A DNA stretch of 64,000 nucleotides, taken from the NCBI GenBank assembly GCA_038087875.1, contig CM075990.1, positions 12,712,001 through 12,776,000 of the forward strand, written 5' to 3'. The stretch's first letter is position 1. Each line of letters starts with the position of its first letter. Source of the stretch: Malacoraja senta (taxonomy: Eukaryota). Shown here piece by piece: positions 49,761 to 62,711 of the stretch. The notes under the pieces are model-generated. The model did not search any database and was not told where the DNA came from. It saw nothing but the letters and a program-made list of their open reading frames with translations. Position numbers and translations under genes: made by a program.

Positions 49761-51884
49761 GAGAGAAGGAAGCCAAACAATGGCAGGTCTCAGCCTATCG
49801 CAGGCGGCGGGGGGCGGGAGCAGCGCTGATTCTGCAACAATTCAAACCAGCATCTGCAATTCCTTCCTATTCACTGAATACATTGATGTTGCCACGTCCC
49901 ATCTGCCAAATATTTCACAAGTTACCATGGGCTTTACCTGCATTCGCCTCCCCTTCAGTTTTTTTTGCAAAATCCAGTTTGCATTGCTGGCGTATGCAGA
50001 GATCGAACCCGGCGTTCGGAAGCCGCGGTCATGTGACTCTGGAGGGGCCGCTTGTTTCGCGCGGTTTTTGCTTGCGCGCGTTAGTTCAGCGCTGACCACC
50101 GTTGTGGGCAGACGTGTCTAAAGAACCTGTATATTGGAAATCGAACTTTTGAATAAAGATCTGTTGGAAACCCCAGTTGTCGTTCTTCAGACCGCCAAAG
50201 TATCTGTTTTCCTTCATTGTTTTTGTCCCTTTCCCGATTAACTAATAATAATAGACACAAAATGCTGGGGTAACAGCGGGACAGACGGCATCTCTTGATC
50301 ATCTTTACATTTCACATGTCTTTCATTCATTTGTTCTATATCTATATATACAGTACCACCGTCTTTGTCTCTCGTTCCCCTTTCTCCTGACTCTCAGTCT
50401 GAAGAGGGGTCTCAACCCGAAACGTCTCCAAACCTGTCCTATCCAGCTTCTTGTGTCTGTTAGACTGGGATGGCAGATTCACACCAACTTGGATGTGCAG
50501 TTGATTGATTGGCTTCCTCCTGAGGAATTGAGAAAAAGCTTTTGTTTCATATTTTTAACACATGCAGCTTTCTGCATTGCAATGAATGAGAAAACTTGCT
50601 TGCAGCAGATTTCAATAAACTCACTGTTCTCTATTGTTTAATACCATAAGTTGCATCACAACTCAATTTCATAAAGGTTAAAAGCATTCCTGAACAATTT
50701 GAATGCTTGTATTAATCAAGAAATATTTGACAGTACACTCAATCAACTTGCATTTATTTCTTTGTGTATTGTATCAGTTTATCATTGTCATATTGTTATC
50801 TGGTGATATGCTGTGTTATCAAGCACCAGGGCTCATAAAAAGATTGTTGAGTAGGTGAACAAAAGCAGAATGAAAAGGTATATTTCAAGGAATATTTCAA
50901 ATGAGAAAGGGAAGTGGAGAGATTTAGAGAGGGAAATTTTAGAGCTAGGGTCCAGATAGGTGAAAACATGGCTGCTAATAATGGTGTCGTAAAAAAAATA
51001 GATTTGTGAAAGAGGTTGAAGGAGGGGCAGAGATCTCAGAGAATTGTAGACTGGAAGATGGAAAGGGACAAGGCTATTGAGAAATCTGAAAAGAATGAGA
51101 TTTAATTTGCTGGACTAGGTAAATCAGAAAACGCAAAGATGACGGGTGAAAGAGATTTTGTGCAAAAAAGGGTACATACAAGAGTTCTGAGAAGATCCAG
51201 TTCCAGGAGGGGGCAGGGGCATTTTGGAATACTGAGGTTAAAGGAAGCAAAAGCATGCGTAACAGTTTGATGGTGCAGAGATGGGAGACATGAAGGGGAT
51301 GAAACCAGGCAGTCTGTTGAGGAGGATATTGGCTGGGAATCTCAACTCTCGGTGACACATGACAACAAACTGATAGCAAATCCCAGATCAATTTCAGACA
51401 CTTGCCTTGGTGGGCAATAGCGTCATTGGAATTTGTGACATGACCAATGAAAGCTTTGGTCTTCACAATATTTAATTGGTGACAGTCTAGTTCATCTCCC
51501 GGGGTCAAGGAAAGAGCGTTCACGTCGCCACCCTGTTTCCACCAATCTTTCCACCACCACGCACAAGAAGCACAAGAAGCGCAAGACAGACACCATTGTA
51601 CGCAAATACCGAGAAGTGTGTTCAGCTCTGGCTGAACAACTTCTGATGTTGTGACGTGGACTCGATAAGAAGTTGTTCATTTCCCATCGAGTGCCAGCAA
51701 AGCAGCACAATCAATCAAACTGGGGAGGAGTTTATAACACCGAAGCTGAGAGAGCTGGTCTCCAACAACACAGGAAGAGAAGCCTTGGGGTAGTAGCTTT
51801 GGGTGAGGAGGAAGAAGAACGAAACTAAGCAAAGACATTCACATTACAGCTATAAAATGATGGAAAAGCATTGAAGGAGGACGG

Positions 51885-52250
51885 TCATAGAGTCACAGAG
51901 TGATACAGTGTGGAAACAGGCCCTTTGGCCCAACTTACCCACACCAGCCAACATGTCCCAGCTACATTAGTCCCACCTGCCCGCGTTTGGTCTATATCCC
52001 TCCAAACCTGTCCTATCCATGTACCTATCTAACTGTTTCTTAAACGTTGGGACAGTCCCTGTCTCAACTACCTCCTCTGGCAGCTCGTTCCATACACCCA
52101 CCACCCTTTGTGTGAAAAAGTTACTCCTCAGATTCCTATTAAATCTTTTCCCCTTCACCTTAAACCTATGTCCTCTGGTCATCGGTTCACCCACTCTGGG
52201 CAAGAGGCTCGGTGCATCTACCTGATCTATTCCTCTCATGATTCTATATA
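51885..52250 (-). mobile_element. CR1-type LINE 3' end
   Basis: YRIMRGID...TRGHRFKV...RSNFFTQRVVGVWNELPEEVV...FKKQLDRYM. Confidence 0.9.
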
Positions 52251-52744
52251 CGGTGTGAGCAAATAAAGTCTGAAGACAAATCAAGATGCAATACCATGAA
52301 AGTTGAACTGCAGGCCAATCCTTGTGATTCTGATATAACGGCATTTTTTATATCAGAACGTATTCAGAACAAAATGGCTAACTGCTACTACAAATCCGAC
52401 TTAACTTATCTTTCCAAACTTGTCACTTCCTTATGTTTTATGTTTATTTACCTTTTAAAAAAGCGTATTCCTACTTCTTGTGTGTAATATATAATTTCAC
52501 TCCGTGGCACTGCATTGAAACTGCCATCACTAACCACAAAACATCACCTGGTTAAACACAAATAGAGCAGAAGTTCCTCAATACACGAAGGTGATTCTGG
52601 ATTCTCATGACCAAAGTGCTGGAGTAACTCAGCGGGTCAGCCAGCATCTCTGGAGAACATGGATAAGTGACGTTTTGGGTCGAGACCATTCTCCAAATGT
52701 TTTGTCCGAGACCCGTTGATTATAATAGCATAGGAAAAATACAA

Positions 52745-53178
52745 ACATAGAAAATAGGTGCAGGAGTAGGCCTTTCGGCCCTTCGAGCAAGCACCGCCAT
52801 TCAATATGATCATGGCTGATCATCCAAAATCAGTACCCCGTTCCTGCTTTCTCCCCATATCCCTAGATTCAGTTAGCCCGAAGAGCTATCTCCAAATCTC
52901 TCTTGAAAACATCCTGTGAATAGGCCTCCACTGTCTTATGTGGCAGAGAATTCCACAGATTCACGATTCTAGGTGAAAAAGTTTTTCCTCATCTCAGTCC
53001 TAAATGGCCTATCCCTTATTCTTAAACTGTGACCCCTGGTTCTGGACTCCCCCAACATGGGGAACATTTTTCCTGCATCTAGCCTATCCAATCCCTTAAC
53101 AATTTTTTATGTTTCTATAAGATCCCCTCTCATTCTTCTAAATTCCAGTGAATACAAGCCCAGTCGACCCATTCTTTC
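52745..53178 (-). mobile_element. CR1-type LINE 3' end (same subfamily as the 35450-35890 segment)
   Basis: Reverse complement closely matches the 3' end of the long CR1 at 35450-35890. Confidence 0.85.
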
Positions 53179-53714
53179 ATTGGAAAGGCATTGGGGGACA
53201 CATGCCTAATGTGGGCAAAGGGGATTAATGAATGAATGAATGAATGAATACGTTTATTGGCCAAGTATGTACACATACAAGGAATTTGCCTTGGTGCTCC
53301 GTTCGCAAGTAACAACACGACATACAGTAAACCATTAAGAATAAAACATTAAAACATTAGGAATAAAACATTATAGTTTAAACATGTGAATGAAATAAAA
53401 CACCAGAGCAAAAGGGTACATATAACATGGATAGACATCGCAGTGTGCATGCTTAAGGTGAGCTGAAAGGGACATGTTTCTGTGCTGTCCAATTTTACAA
53501 TGAGAGCAGGAGAATCACACTGCAGATGTAGGCTACAGTGCCACACACAGGCAGCAGTCCGGCATCATCACAATATCTGCATGAACATCAAAAACAAATT
53601 GCTGGAAGTACTCAGCAGGTCAGACAGCATTTGTGGAGGCAGAGGGATGATTGACGTTTTGAGGTAAGACCTTGCCTTAGAGCTCATGAGAATTATCATC
53701 TGAATGAGGTAATA

Positions 53715-53790
53715 CAACACAGCAGTAGAGTTGCTGCCTTACAGGATCAGAGACCCAGGTTCGATCCTGACGATGGGTACCGTCTGTGTG
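53715..53790 (+). mobile_element. tRNA-derived SINE head truncated by the assembly gap
   Basis: GCAGTAGAGTTGCTGCCTTACAG...GACCCAGGTTCGATCCTGAC; similar to the SINE at 15820-15995. Confidence 0.6.
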
Positions 53791-53990
53791 NNNNNNNNNN
53801 NNNNNNNNNNNNNNNNNNNNNNNNNNNNNNNNNNNNNNNNNNNNNNNNNNNNNNNNNNNNNNNNNNNNNNNNNNNNNNNNNNNNNNNNNNNNNNNNNNNN
53901 NNNNNNNNNNNNNNNNNNNNNNNNNNNNNNNNNNNNNNNNNNNNNNNNNNNNNNNNNNNNNNNNNNNNNNNNNNNNNNNNNNNNNNNNNN
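53791..53990. other. Assembly gap (200 N)
   Basis: Run of exactly 200 N, a typical fixed-size scaffolding spacer. Confidence 0.99.
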
Positions 53991-54036
53991 AGAGGGAACC
54001 AACCCCGGGCCCCCCAGACCGGCTCCAGCTGCTTAC

Positions 54037-54166
54037 CGGTCCTCTTGCCTCCGCCCTCCGCCACCTCCTGCTCCCCCGCATCCCCGTGACCGTTGTCGGC
54101 CGTGCTGGCCCCCAGCGCCGGGCCTGCGCCGCCATCGCTCAGCGGACGCGGATCCACCTCCGCCAT
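54037..54166 (-). CDS. BLOC1S2: BLOC1S2 exon 1, duplicate copy (12-bp deletion, G>S change)
   Basis: MAEVDPRPLSDGGAGPALGASTADNG...KRT|gtaagc. No exons 2-5 adjoin it; the gap begins 46 nt into intron 1. Confidence 0.75.
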
Positions 54167-57100
54167 CTTGCCTCCGACTGCGGGTCACGTGATGGCGGGG
54201 TCACATGACCGCGCGGCAACCCGCCGGTCTGCGTCATGCCCCCCACGTGATGCAGAGCGGGTGGCCCCGCCCCTTTGGGGGGGGGAGGGGGGACAGACGG
54301 TGCTGGGGCCACGTGGCTGCAGCTCATGTCATACGGTCGTAGAGTGAGTGACAGTGTAGAAACAGGCCCTTCAGCCCAACTTGCCCACACCGGCCAACTT
54401 GCCCCAGCTTCACTCGACCCACCTGCCAGCATTTGGTCCACACCCCTCCAAACCTCTCCTGTCCATAAGTGATGGGAGCAGAATTGGACCATTCGGCCCA
54501 TCGAGTCTACCCCACCATTCAATCATGGCTGATCTATGTATCTCTCCCTCCTAACCCCAAATTCCTGCCTTAGAGTCATACAGTGTGGAAACAGGCCCTT
54601 TAGGCCCAACTCGCCCAATAATGTCCCAGCTACCCTAGTCCCACTTGCCTGTGCTTGGTCCATAACCCGACAAACCTGTCCTATCCATGTACCTGACCAA
54701 GCAAGCATAGGTTTGGCGATCATTTCGCCGAACACCTCCGCTCAGTCCACATTAACCAACCTGATCTCCCTGTGGCTCAGCACTTCAACTCCCCCTCCCA
54801 TTCCGAATCCGACCTTACTGTCCTGTGCCTCCTCCATGGCCAGAATGAGCACCACCGGAAATTGGAGGAGCACCTCATATTCCACTTGGGCGGTTTGCAC
54901 CCTAGACTTCTCCAATTTCCAGTAGCCCTTGCTGTCTCCTCCCCTTCTCAGCTCTCCCTCAGCCCTCGGGCTCCTCCTCTTCCTTTCTCCTTTCTCCCCC
55001 CCCCCCCCCATCAGTCTGAAGAAGCGTTTCGGCCCAAAACATTACCTATTTCCTTTGCTCCATAGATGGTGCTGCATCCACTGAGTTTCTCCAGCACTTT
55101 TGTCCACCAACTGTTTCTTAAACAATGGGATAGTGGCCTCAACTACCTCCTCTGGCAGCTTGTTCCATACACCCACCACCCTCTGTGTGGAAAAAGTTAC
55201 CCCTCTGATTCCTGTTAAATCTTTTCCCCTTCACCTTGAACCTATGTCCTCTGGTCCTCGATTCCTCTACTCTGGACAAAAGACTGTGCATCTACCCTAT
55301 CCATTCCTCTCATGATTGTGTATACTTCTAAGATCACCCCTCACCCTCCTACACACCTTGGAATAGAGACCCAGCCTACTCAACCTCTCCCCATAGCTCA
55401 CACCCTCCAGTCCTGGCAACATCCTCGTAAATCTTTTCTGAACCCTTTCAAGCTCGACAATATCTATCCTATAACATGGTGCCCAGAACTGAATACATTA
55501 TTCTAAATGCGGTCTCATCAATGTGTTATACAACTGCAACATGACCTCCCAACTAAAATACTCAATACTCTGCCTGATGAAGGCCAAAGTGCAAAGTGCC
55601 TGTTTGACCTCCTTATCTATCTGCGACTCGACCTTCATGGAACCATGCACTTGTACTCCTAGATCTCTGCTCCACACTACCCAGAGGCCCACCATTTACC
55701 CTGCCCTTGCCCATTAGGTCCTGCCCTTGTTCGACATCCCAAAATGCAACACCTCACACTTCTCTGTATTAAATTCCATCAACCAATTCTCCCCCCACCT
55801 GGCCAATCAATCCAGATCCTGCTGCAATTGTTCACAACCATCTTCACCATCTGCAAAACCACTAATCAGAAAACTTGTTAATCTTGCCCTGTATGTTCTC
55901 ATCCAAATCATTGATGTAGATGACCTACAGTAATGGGCCCAGCACCAAACCCTGTGGCACATCACTAGTCACAGGCCTTCATTCTGAGAAGCAACCTTCC
56001 ACCATCACCCTCTGCTTTCTTCCATGGAGCCAATTTGCTATCCATTCAGCTACCTCTCCTTCAATCCCATGAGATCTAACCTTCCAGAGCAGCCGACCAT
56101 GCGGCACCTTGTTGAATGCCTTAAAGTCCATGCACACATCTGCTGCTCTGCCTTCATTAACCTTTCTGCTCGCCTCTTCAAAAAAATCAGATTTGTGATA
56201 CACGCCCTCCCACGTTCAAAACCGTGCTGAGTGTCCCTAATCAGCACTTGCCCATCCAAATGTCTGTGGCTCCTCAGAATACTCTCCAGATCGAAGGCAG
56301 GAACGGGGTACTGATTGGGGATGATCAGCCATGATCACATTGAATGGCGGTGCTGGCCCGAATGGCCTACTCCTGCACCTATTGTCTATTGTAACTTACC
56401 AACTACAGATGTTAAGTTCCCAGCATTTTCCCTGCAGCCCTTCTTGAAAAGAGGCACATTTGCCATCCTCTAATACTGGCATCTCTGTATTTTACAACGA
56501 CTCATAAATTTCAACCAGGGCTCCCGCAATCTCCTCGGATATATCTGAATAGGCCCCGGAAATTTGTCTACCTTCAAACCCGACAGTACCTTCAGTACTT
56601 CCTCGACAGTAACGCTGAATGCTCTCATGACACTTCCAGTGACTGCTCCAATTTCCTACGTCCTACTGTCTTTCTCATCGATAAATACTCATTGAGGACC
56701 TTGCCCATCTCCCGTGGCTCCACAGAGGTGACCACTTCTATTCCTGAGAGAACCCACTCTCTCTCTAGTTACCCTTTTCCCCCTAATGTATTTATAAAAT
56801 ATTCTGGGATTGTCTTTTATGCTACCCGCTGAAGCTCTCTCCTGGCCCTTTTGCCCTTCTGATCTCCTTTTTTAGTTTGCTCCTAAGTTCCCGAAACTCC
56901 ACCAGGTATGCCCTTCTCCGCAGAACCACTGACACCTGTACTAATCAAGAATCTATCTATCTCTGCCTTAAAAATATCCATCAATTTGGCCTCCACAGCC
57001 TTCTGTGGCAAAGAATGTCACATCACAGACTCCATCTGCACTTCAGAAAATAGGCACAAAATGCTGGAGTAACTCAGCAGGATAGGCAGCATCTCTGGAG

Positions 57101-58716
57101 AGAGAGAGAGAGAGAGAGAGAACGTGGGACATTTCGGGTCAAGATCCTTTTCAGACCACAGAGAGGGAGCAGGCGAGTATGTTGCATCTCTCAATGGAGA
57201 GAGGAGAACTTCGAAGTAGGCATACCGTGAGGAGATTTTGCAGTGGAGCAGACAAAATGTGTAGGAAGGAACTGCAGATGCTAGAACCAAGCAGAGATTC
57301 ACTTGCACCTCCTCCAACTTCATCTACGGTTCCAGGTGTGGAATCCTATATATTGGCTAGACGGAGCAGACTCTGCGATCGTTTCGCTGAACACCTCCGC
57401 TCAGACTTGCACGATCTCCCGGTTGCCAACCATTAACTGTGCTTCTATTGACAATCCGAAGTTACCATCTCTCCACCCCCATCAAATTTCACCCCAATAA
57501 TTTATGAAGGTAACATTCCTGCATTAAAGCCATTTCAATTAGATCAAGTGAGGTCTTAAATAAATTCCAAGGAAAAAATTCAGTTAAAATGTTCTTACAA
57601 TACAATCCAACAGCAATGCTGTGGAAAAACGTAAGTGCTATTAACTTTGATCACTTCATAAAGTTGGCAAAGCTTTGATTTTTTTTTAAATATATATAGA
57701 TAAAGGACTGTAGTAGAGATGCCAAGAACATGTACAAACGTTTTATTTAATCACGCAGGAGGAGTTACAAATGGAAATATTTCACAGAGCTCATACAACA
57801 AAAAACACATTTTCCCCTTACATCTGCCACACTGATCCACGATGTGCTCACCAGCAGTAAAACTAAATGGTGGTACATTATATTAGTTTAAAAACTTTAC
57901 ACAAGAACTTTTGTCCCCTTTACAAAACAATGTCACAGTCAAGTATTACTTGCATTTAAAAAGAAAAAATACAAAGGAAAAGTAAAAAGTCCAAATTCAA
58001 CACTGCCCATAATGCAAAAAAAATCTGTGACCGATTTCTTCACTTAAAGGATTTCAAAAGATGTCTATTCCCTCTTGTTATTATATTTGCCGCCGCCTGA
58101 AAAACAGAAGGGACAACCACAAGGTTAAGCCTTTTACCTCAGCTTTGTAGAAGCAGACAGTAACCATGTGAAGTACTGGGCTGGCCGAGTCATGTTTACT
58201 GTTTTATCAATATTGGATTAGAAGAATTAGTTTGATGAGCAAAACTATATTTTTGTTTGATTGGTAGTTATCTTCAAAGGAATTACCCAAGTCCTCCATG
58301 CTCTTGGGCCCAGCCTTCAGTTGTTATGCCAACTGCATTTACAATATATTAACTATAATCACACACTGCAGATGCTGTAAAAATATACAAGTCCATTAAC
58401 ATTACAGACATCAGTCACGCATCACTACTGAGCTATAGAAAGAAAAAAGCAAGCATTATTTAGCAATTGGTAGTACATTACCAAATTACACACTACTAAA
58501 AGAAAGCACTTTTGTAAGAACGGCTTTATCCATTGAAGAAACAGGAGGTCATGGCTATATTACCACTTAACTTGAGCCTGTAAAGAAAATATGACTACAT
58601 AATTTTATCTAAAAAAAGGAAAAACAATGGCTGCGTGAATGAAAGTGTATAATTAGAGTTTTTTTTAAACTGTCTTTAATCTTTATGGTGAGACAGAAGG
58701 TTGGAAGAGACCATAC

Positions 58717-58802
58717 CACAGGGCATCTCGAATTCTGTCCACAATGTGCAGGCTTGTACGAATCGTGTGGTCATGGTGACATGGCCTGCAATGAAGTTCC
58801 CA
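58717..58802 (-). other. Poison exon, duplicate copy
   Basis: Same sequence as 21284-21369. Confidence 0.75.
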
Positions 58803-60196
58803 CTGGCAGGTACAAACATAACGGTACAAGTCAGAATTAGACTGGTAGAATTCTTATCAGGCTGTTGCTCTGATGTTCTTAAAACCCATTATGGTACATT
58901 ACCTGAGATCTTTTACTCATTAAGTGTTCAAATATCTCTAGGTTATCCTTACACAATTTACTGCTGTAACTAGCTATGCAAAAATTCAAAGCTAAATGGG
59001 AGTAAGAGTAAAAAAAGTTATACCCATATTTAACACTTAGAATAATTACATATCTGCAGCATAAAAATAGGCAATTCATGAATCTAGATTATATTAAGCA
59101 CAGAAATTAAAGAGCTAGTTCAATCTGGTGACAAATTGTCAAGTTAATACTACACACCAAAGCAATTGATGACATTATATAATCTCACAATCCGATAAGT
59201 ACTGCCCATTTCAGAACTCTAGTTTTACTTCTAGGTTGTCCAGTGAAATGCTTCCGCCCCAAAAATAAGTACTTACATGATGATTTGAATTGTCATTTCT
59301 GCCCTACTAATTCAATATAGAGCAGTATATGGAAACCATTAGATCATCAGTGGTAGCCTTAAAATTACAATGAATTGGAGCGTGGCATGTTGTCCTCTCA
59401 TTACTCCACAACCCACTCTCGCAAACAGCCAGATCCACGAACCAATTTATAAACTACACGCTCTCCTACAAACTCTGAAATTAGTCTCACATACATCATT
59501 TTAATTTTAAAAATGCAGCTATAATTCAATGACTAAGAAAGGAGGATTTGGGTCCATGAAATCCAAGGCTTAATTGTACTACGTAACCTCAATAAGATGA
59601 GTTTTTACATCTATCATAAAAGGTTCTTCTTGTTTTTCCACTCAAGAGATCAGACATTTATGGCACAGAATGAATCCCATTGGTCTTATTATACCTGTGC
59701 AATGTGAAAGAACCATTTAATCTAATTTAATTTAACATAACCCTATAAACCTGTACTTCTATTTTTTGGGTAGTGACCTCAGAACTAATGCTACCCGCTT
59801 CTCACATCTAATACATCTAACAATTTTTAATCTATGTGCCTAATTTATTGATCATGGATAGCAATCAAGCACATTTGGCATTGCATCACAGCAACAGTTT
59901 AAGACTCCGAAGTTGAATTTAATATTGCAAAACGTAGGTAGCTTACCATCAACTGAAATCCATTAAAAAAAAATTACATTACAGACGCGGTGATGTATGC
60001 ACAAGTTAGTGGACAGTGAAGGTTTCAGATGAACTGTGGAGTTTATGATTTTAGGGTACCGGCAAAGGCTTAATATAAGGGCAATTTTAGAAAATATTGA
60101 ACCAGCTTTTTAATTCTATATGTGCAATGTGGCCTCAAGTACCCAAGAAACATAGCTTTACCTTGTTCCTGGAGAGCTTCGGAACAGTCAAGTCAT

Positions 60197-60267
60197 CTAA
60201 TAAGGCCTATACTGAGTTTGGCCACTTCCTCCTCTCCTAGGAGCTTTACCATAGGTGCCTGGTTGAC
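60197..60267 (-). CDS. hnRNP D-family exon 7, duplicate copy
   Basis: Same sequence as 22764-22834. Confidence 0.85.
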
Positions 60268-62543
60268 CTGAAAATAAAATTAGTTGAAGAAAAGGATTTG
60301 TCAACTCTTCAGCTGTTGACTACCTTTTGAACTAAACTGTTGTTCAGCCAAAACCTTTGCCAGAAGTGTCAGTTTGGCTCAGCTGGTAGCAACCTCATCT
60401 CCAGTAAGGAACCAGTGGGTTCCAAGCTCCTAATCAGATTGGAATGCTAAATCCAGGTTGATTGTTACAGTACAGCGCTGAATTATGCAGTGATAAAGGT
60501 GCCATGCTTCAAATGAGATGTTAAGCAGAGGCAGCGTATAATCTAGAAGATTCTCTCGTACTATTCCAAGAAACCAGCAGCTCACGATACTCCACAACTG
60601 GCACAAAAAACAAACCACGACCATTCATTTTATGTTGTTGATGGCATGCTGTGCATAAAGTGGATGAGTTTATCTACGCAACAGTAACTTCATTTCGGAA
60701 GTAGTTGGTTGAGGAGTGTTTTAGGACAGCTAGCTAAAATATTGCTATTACAAGTCAGTTCTTTGACATAGCTTTAATTAATATGCACACTGCAAGTTGC
60801 AACTTTCCAAGCAGCTAATTTAAAAACAGACAGACTTGCATCAAGTTTTTGTTCCTTTATCAAATACAGTAGCAGTTTTACAATGTCAGAGGTTTCATTT
60901 ATACTTCACAGCATGGAAGTATCAGCTTCTCCTGATCACACAGAAGTATGGATCAAAGCCAAATTCCCTTCAGATTAAATTGGCATACATTCTATCCTGT
61001 ACGAGTTCTTCGTGGAAGTTGAAATCAAATATAAATATACAAATACACTTTAAACAGCAGAGTAGTGCCAACAGCAGCAGGTACTTTCATTCAAATCAAA
61101 TTTCACGTTAAAATTCATCCAACCAACATCTACTGGTTGTTTTTAGGAGGTGTGAACAAAGATTGCACTGGGTTGTGCTCTATCAAGGCATCATACAAAC
61201 ATTGTTCTTAGGGTGAAGATATATCCTATTTAAATAGTAAACAAACTTTTCATGAAATGCCCAATTTTACCCTTGAATGGGTATCATATCAGTTCTATTC
61301 ATCAATCAAATTTGGAGGGATATCTAGTCAATTTTGGAGTTTTCATTTCTCATTGTAGCTGGAAAGATAGCATTCCTTTTCTTATGGGAACATAATTATT
61401 AACAAGATCTCTCCATTTCACCACAGATCAATCTGGAATAGTAAGATTTTCTGATTTTGTGGTAAGAAAAGGCACTATAACAAAATAGGAGTTATTTATG
61501 GAATACTACAAACTTCCCTGGACAGAGGATGCTATCAAAAAAATGCACACCGGGTCCTTTAACGGCTCAGAAGAGGGCATGTAATTCTCTTGTTGCTTGA
61601 CAAATACTCAGGCCTTGCCAAAGTTATTACCGTTCTAATGTATGTACCAAATCGTAATCGTATTCTCAGCTGTCTGCAAGTATATGTCCATCACAGGATC
61701 TGGTATATTGCTGACCTAGGGTGAAAACCCTAAACAATAACCTCCCTGTCCAAGGAAATGTAGAGACCAGTCCCACTTGAAGGCATCAGCCATGGCTCAG
61801 GTGGTTAATTTCACCTCAGAATCAAAGCTGTGAGTTCAAGCCTAAGGGATTGAGCATAACATTCAAAATGGAACTCCCAACACAACAAAGAAATTATGCT
61901 ACCATCAGAGACTCGGTCATATTAAATGATGGCCATAACTGCCCTCAGGTGGATATATAATGACAAGCTGAGTGAGTTTCCCCAGTGGCCCAGTCAAATA
62001 ATTCCTCAGAACACATCTAAAAGGGATGATCAAGTTATTTAATGCATTGCTATTTGCGGGTACTGCTGTGTACAAATTGGCTCGAGTTTCCTCTATTACA
62101 CTAACTATACTGAAAAAAAAGCATTTAATTCGATGCCGAGTGTGTTAGGATGCGATGTAATTAACAACAAAAAAATAAACAAGTCTTTAATTTATACCTA
62201 CCACTGTCCAAGTGCAGATGATCTAACACCAGAGTCTGCAAAATCCAATTGTCTCCCTAGTAAGCAATCATCCAGGCAACAGTTTGGGGGAAAACTATGT
62301 TCTCTCTCAGCTTCTCCAAGCCAGACAAATACCGAGTAGGTGTGACTCACTATTAATGACTAACAAATCACCTGCTAGAGAGACAAAGAAAGCCACTCTC
62401 CATTTTTCCACTCCTTTTGCAAATATTTCTCTACATCAGATTAGCCAAGATCAGCAACCCAGAAGACTGACAGAATATGGGACTACTTACTGGATTTTGT
62501 CAAGTAAACTATTGAGAATTGACTCCTGGTCACTGAAACTTAC

Positions 62544-62711
62544 TGTTATAATCACCATATCCCTGTCCATAACCATAATAGCCATAGTTGTATGCTGGGT
62601 AGTCATAGCCACTATATCCACCATAATTCTGGTTATAGCCATAGTTATAATTTCCATAACTTGGGTTCCAATAGTTACTGTTGTAGCTTTGGCTCCAGGT
62701 CTGACTTTGTC
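62544..62711 (-). CDS. hnRNP D-family exon 6, duplicate copy
   Basis: Same sequence as 25111-25278. Confidence 0.85.

Noticed and set aside
49513..50121. 202-aa plus-strand ORF and overlapping ORFs in the CpG island
   Set aside because: They lie in GC-rich, stop-poor promoter repeats, with no recognisable domain or convincing splice structure.
51520..51660. Short plus-strand reading frame with a basic KKHKKRK stretch
   Set aside because: No start or splice context and no recognisable family; it sits beside degraded repeat sequence.
53677..54208. ORFs spanning the N run
   Set aside because: Artefacts of translating through the assembly gap.
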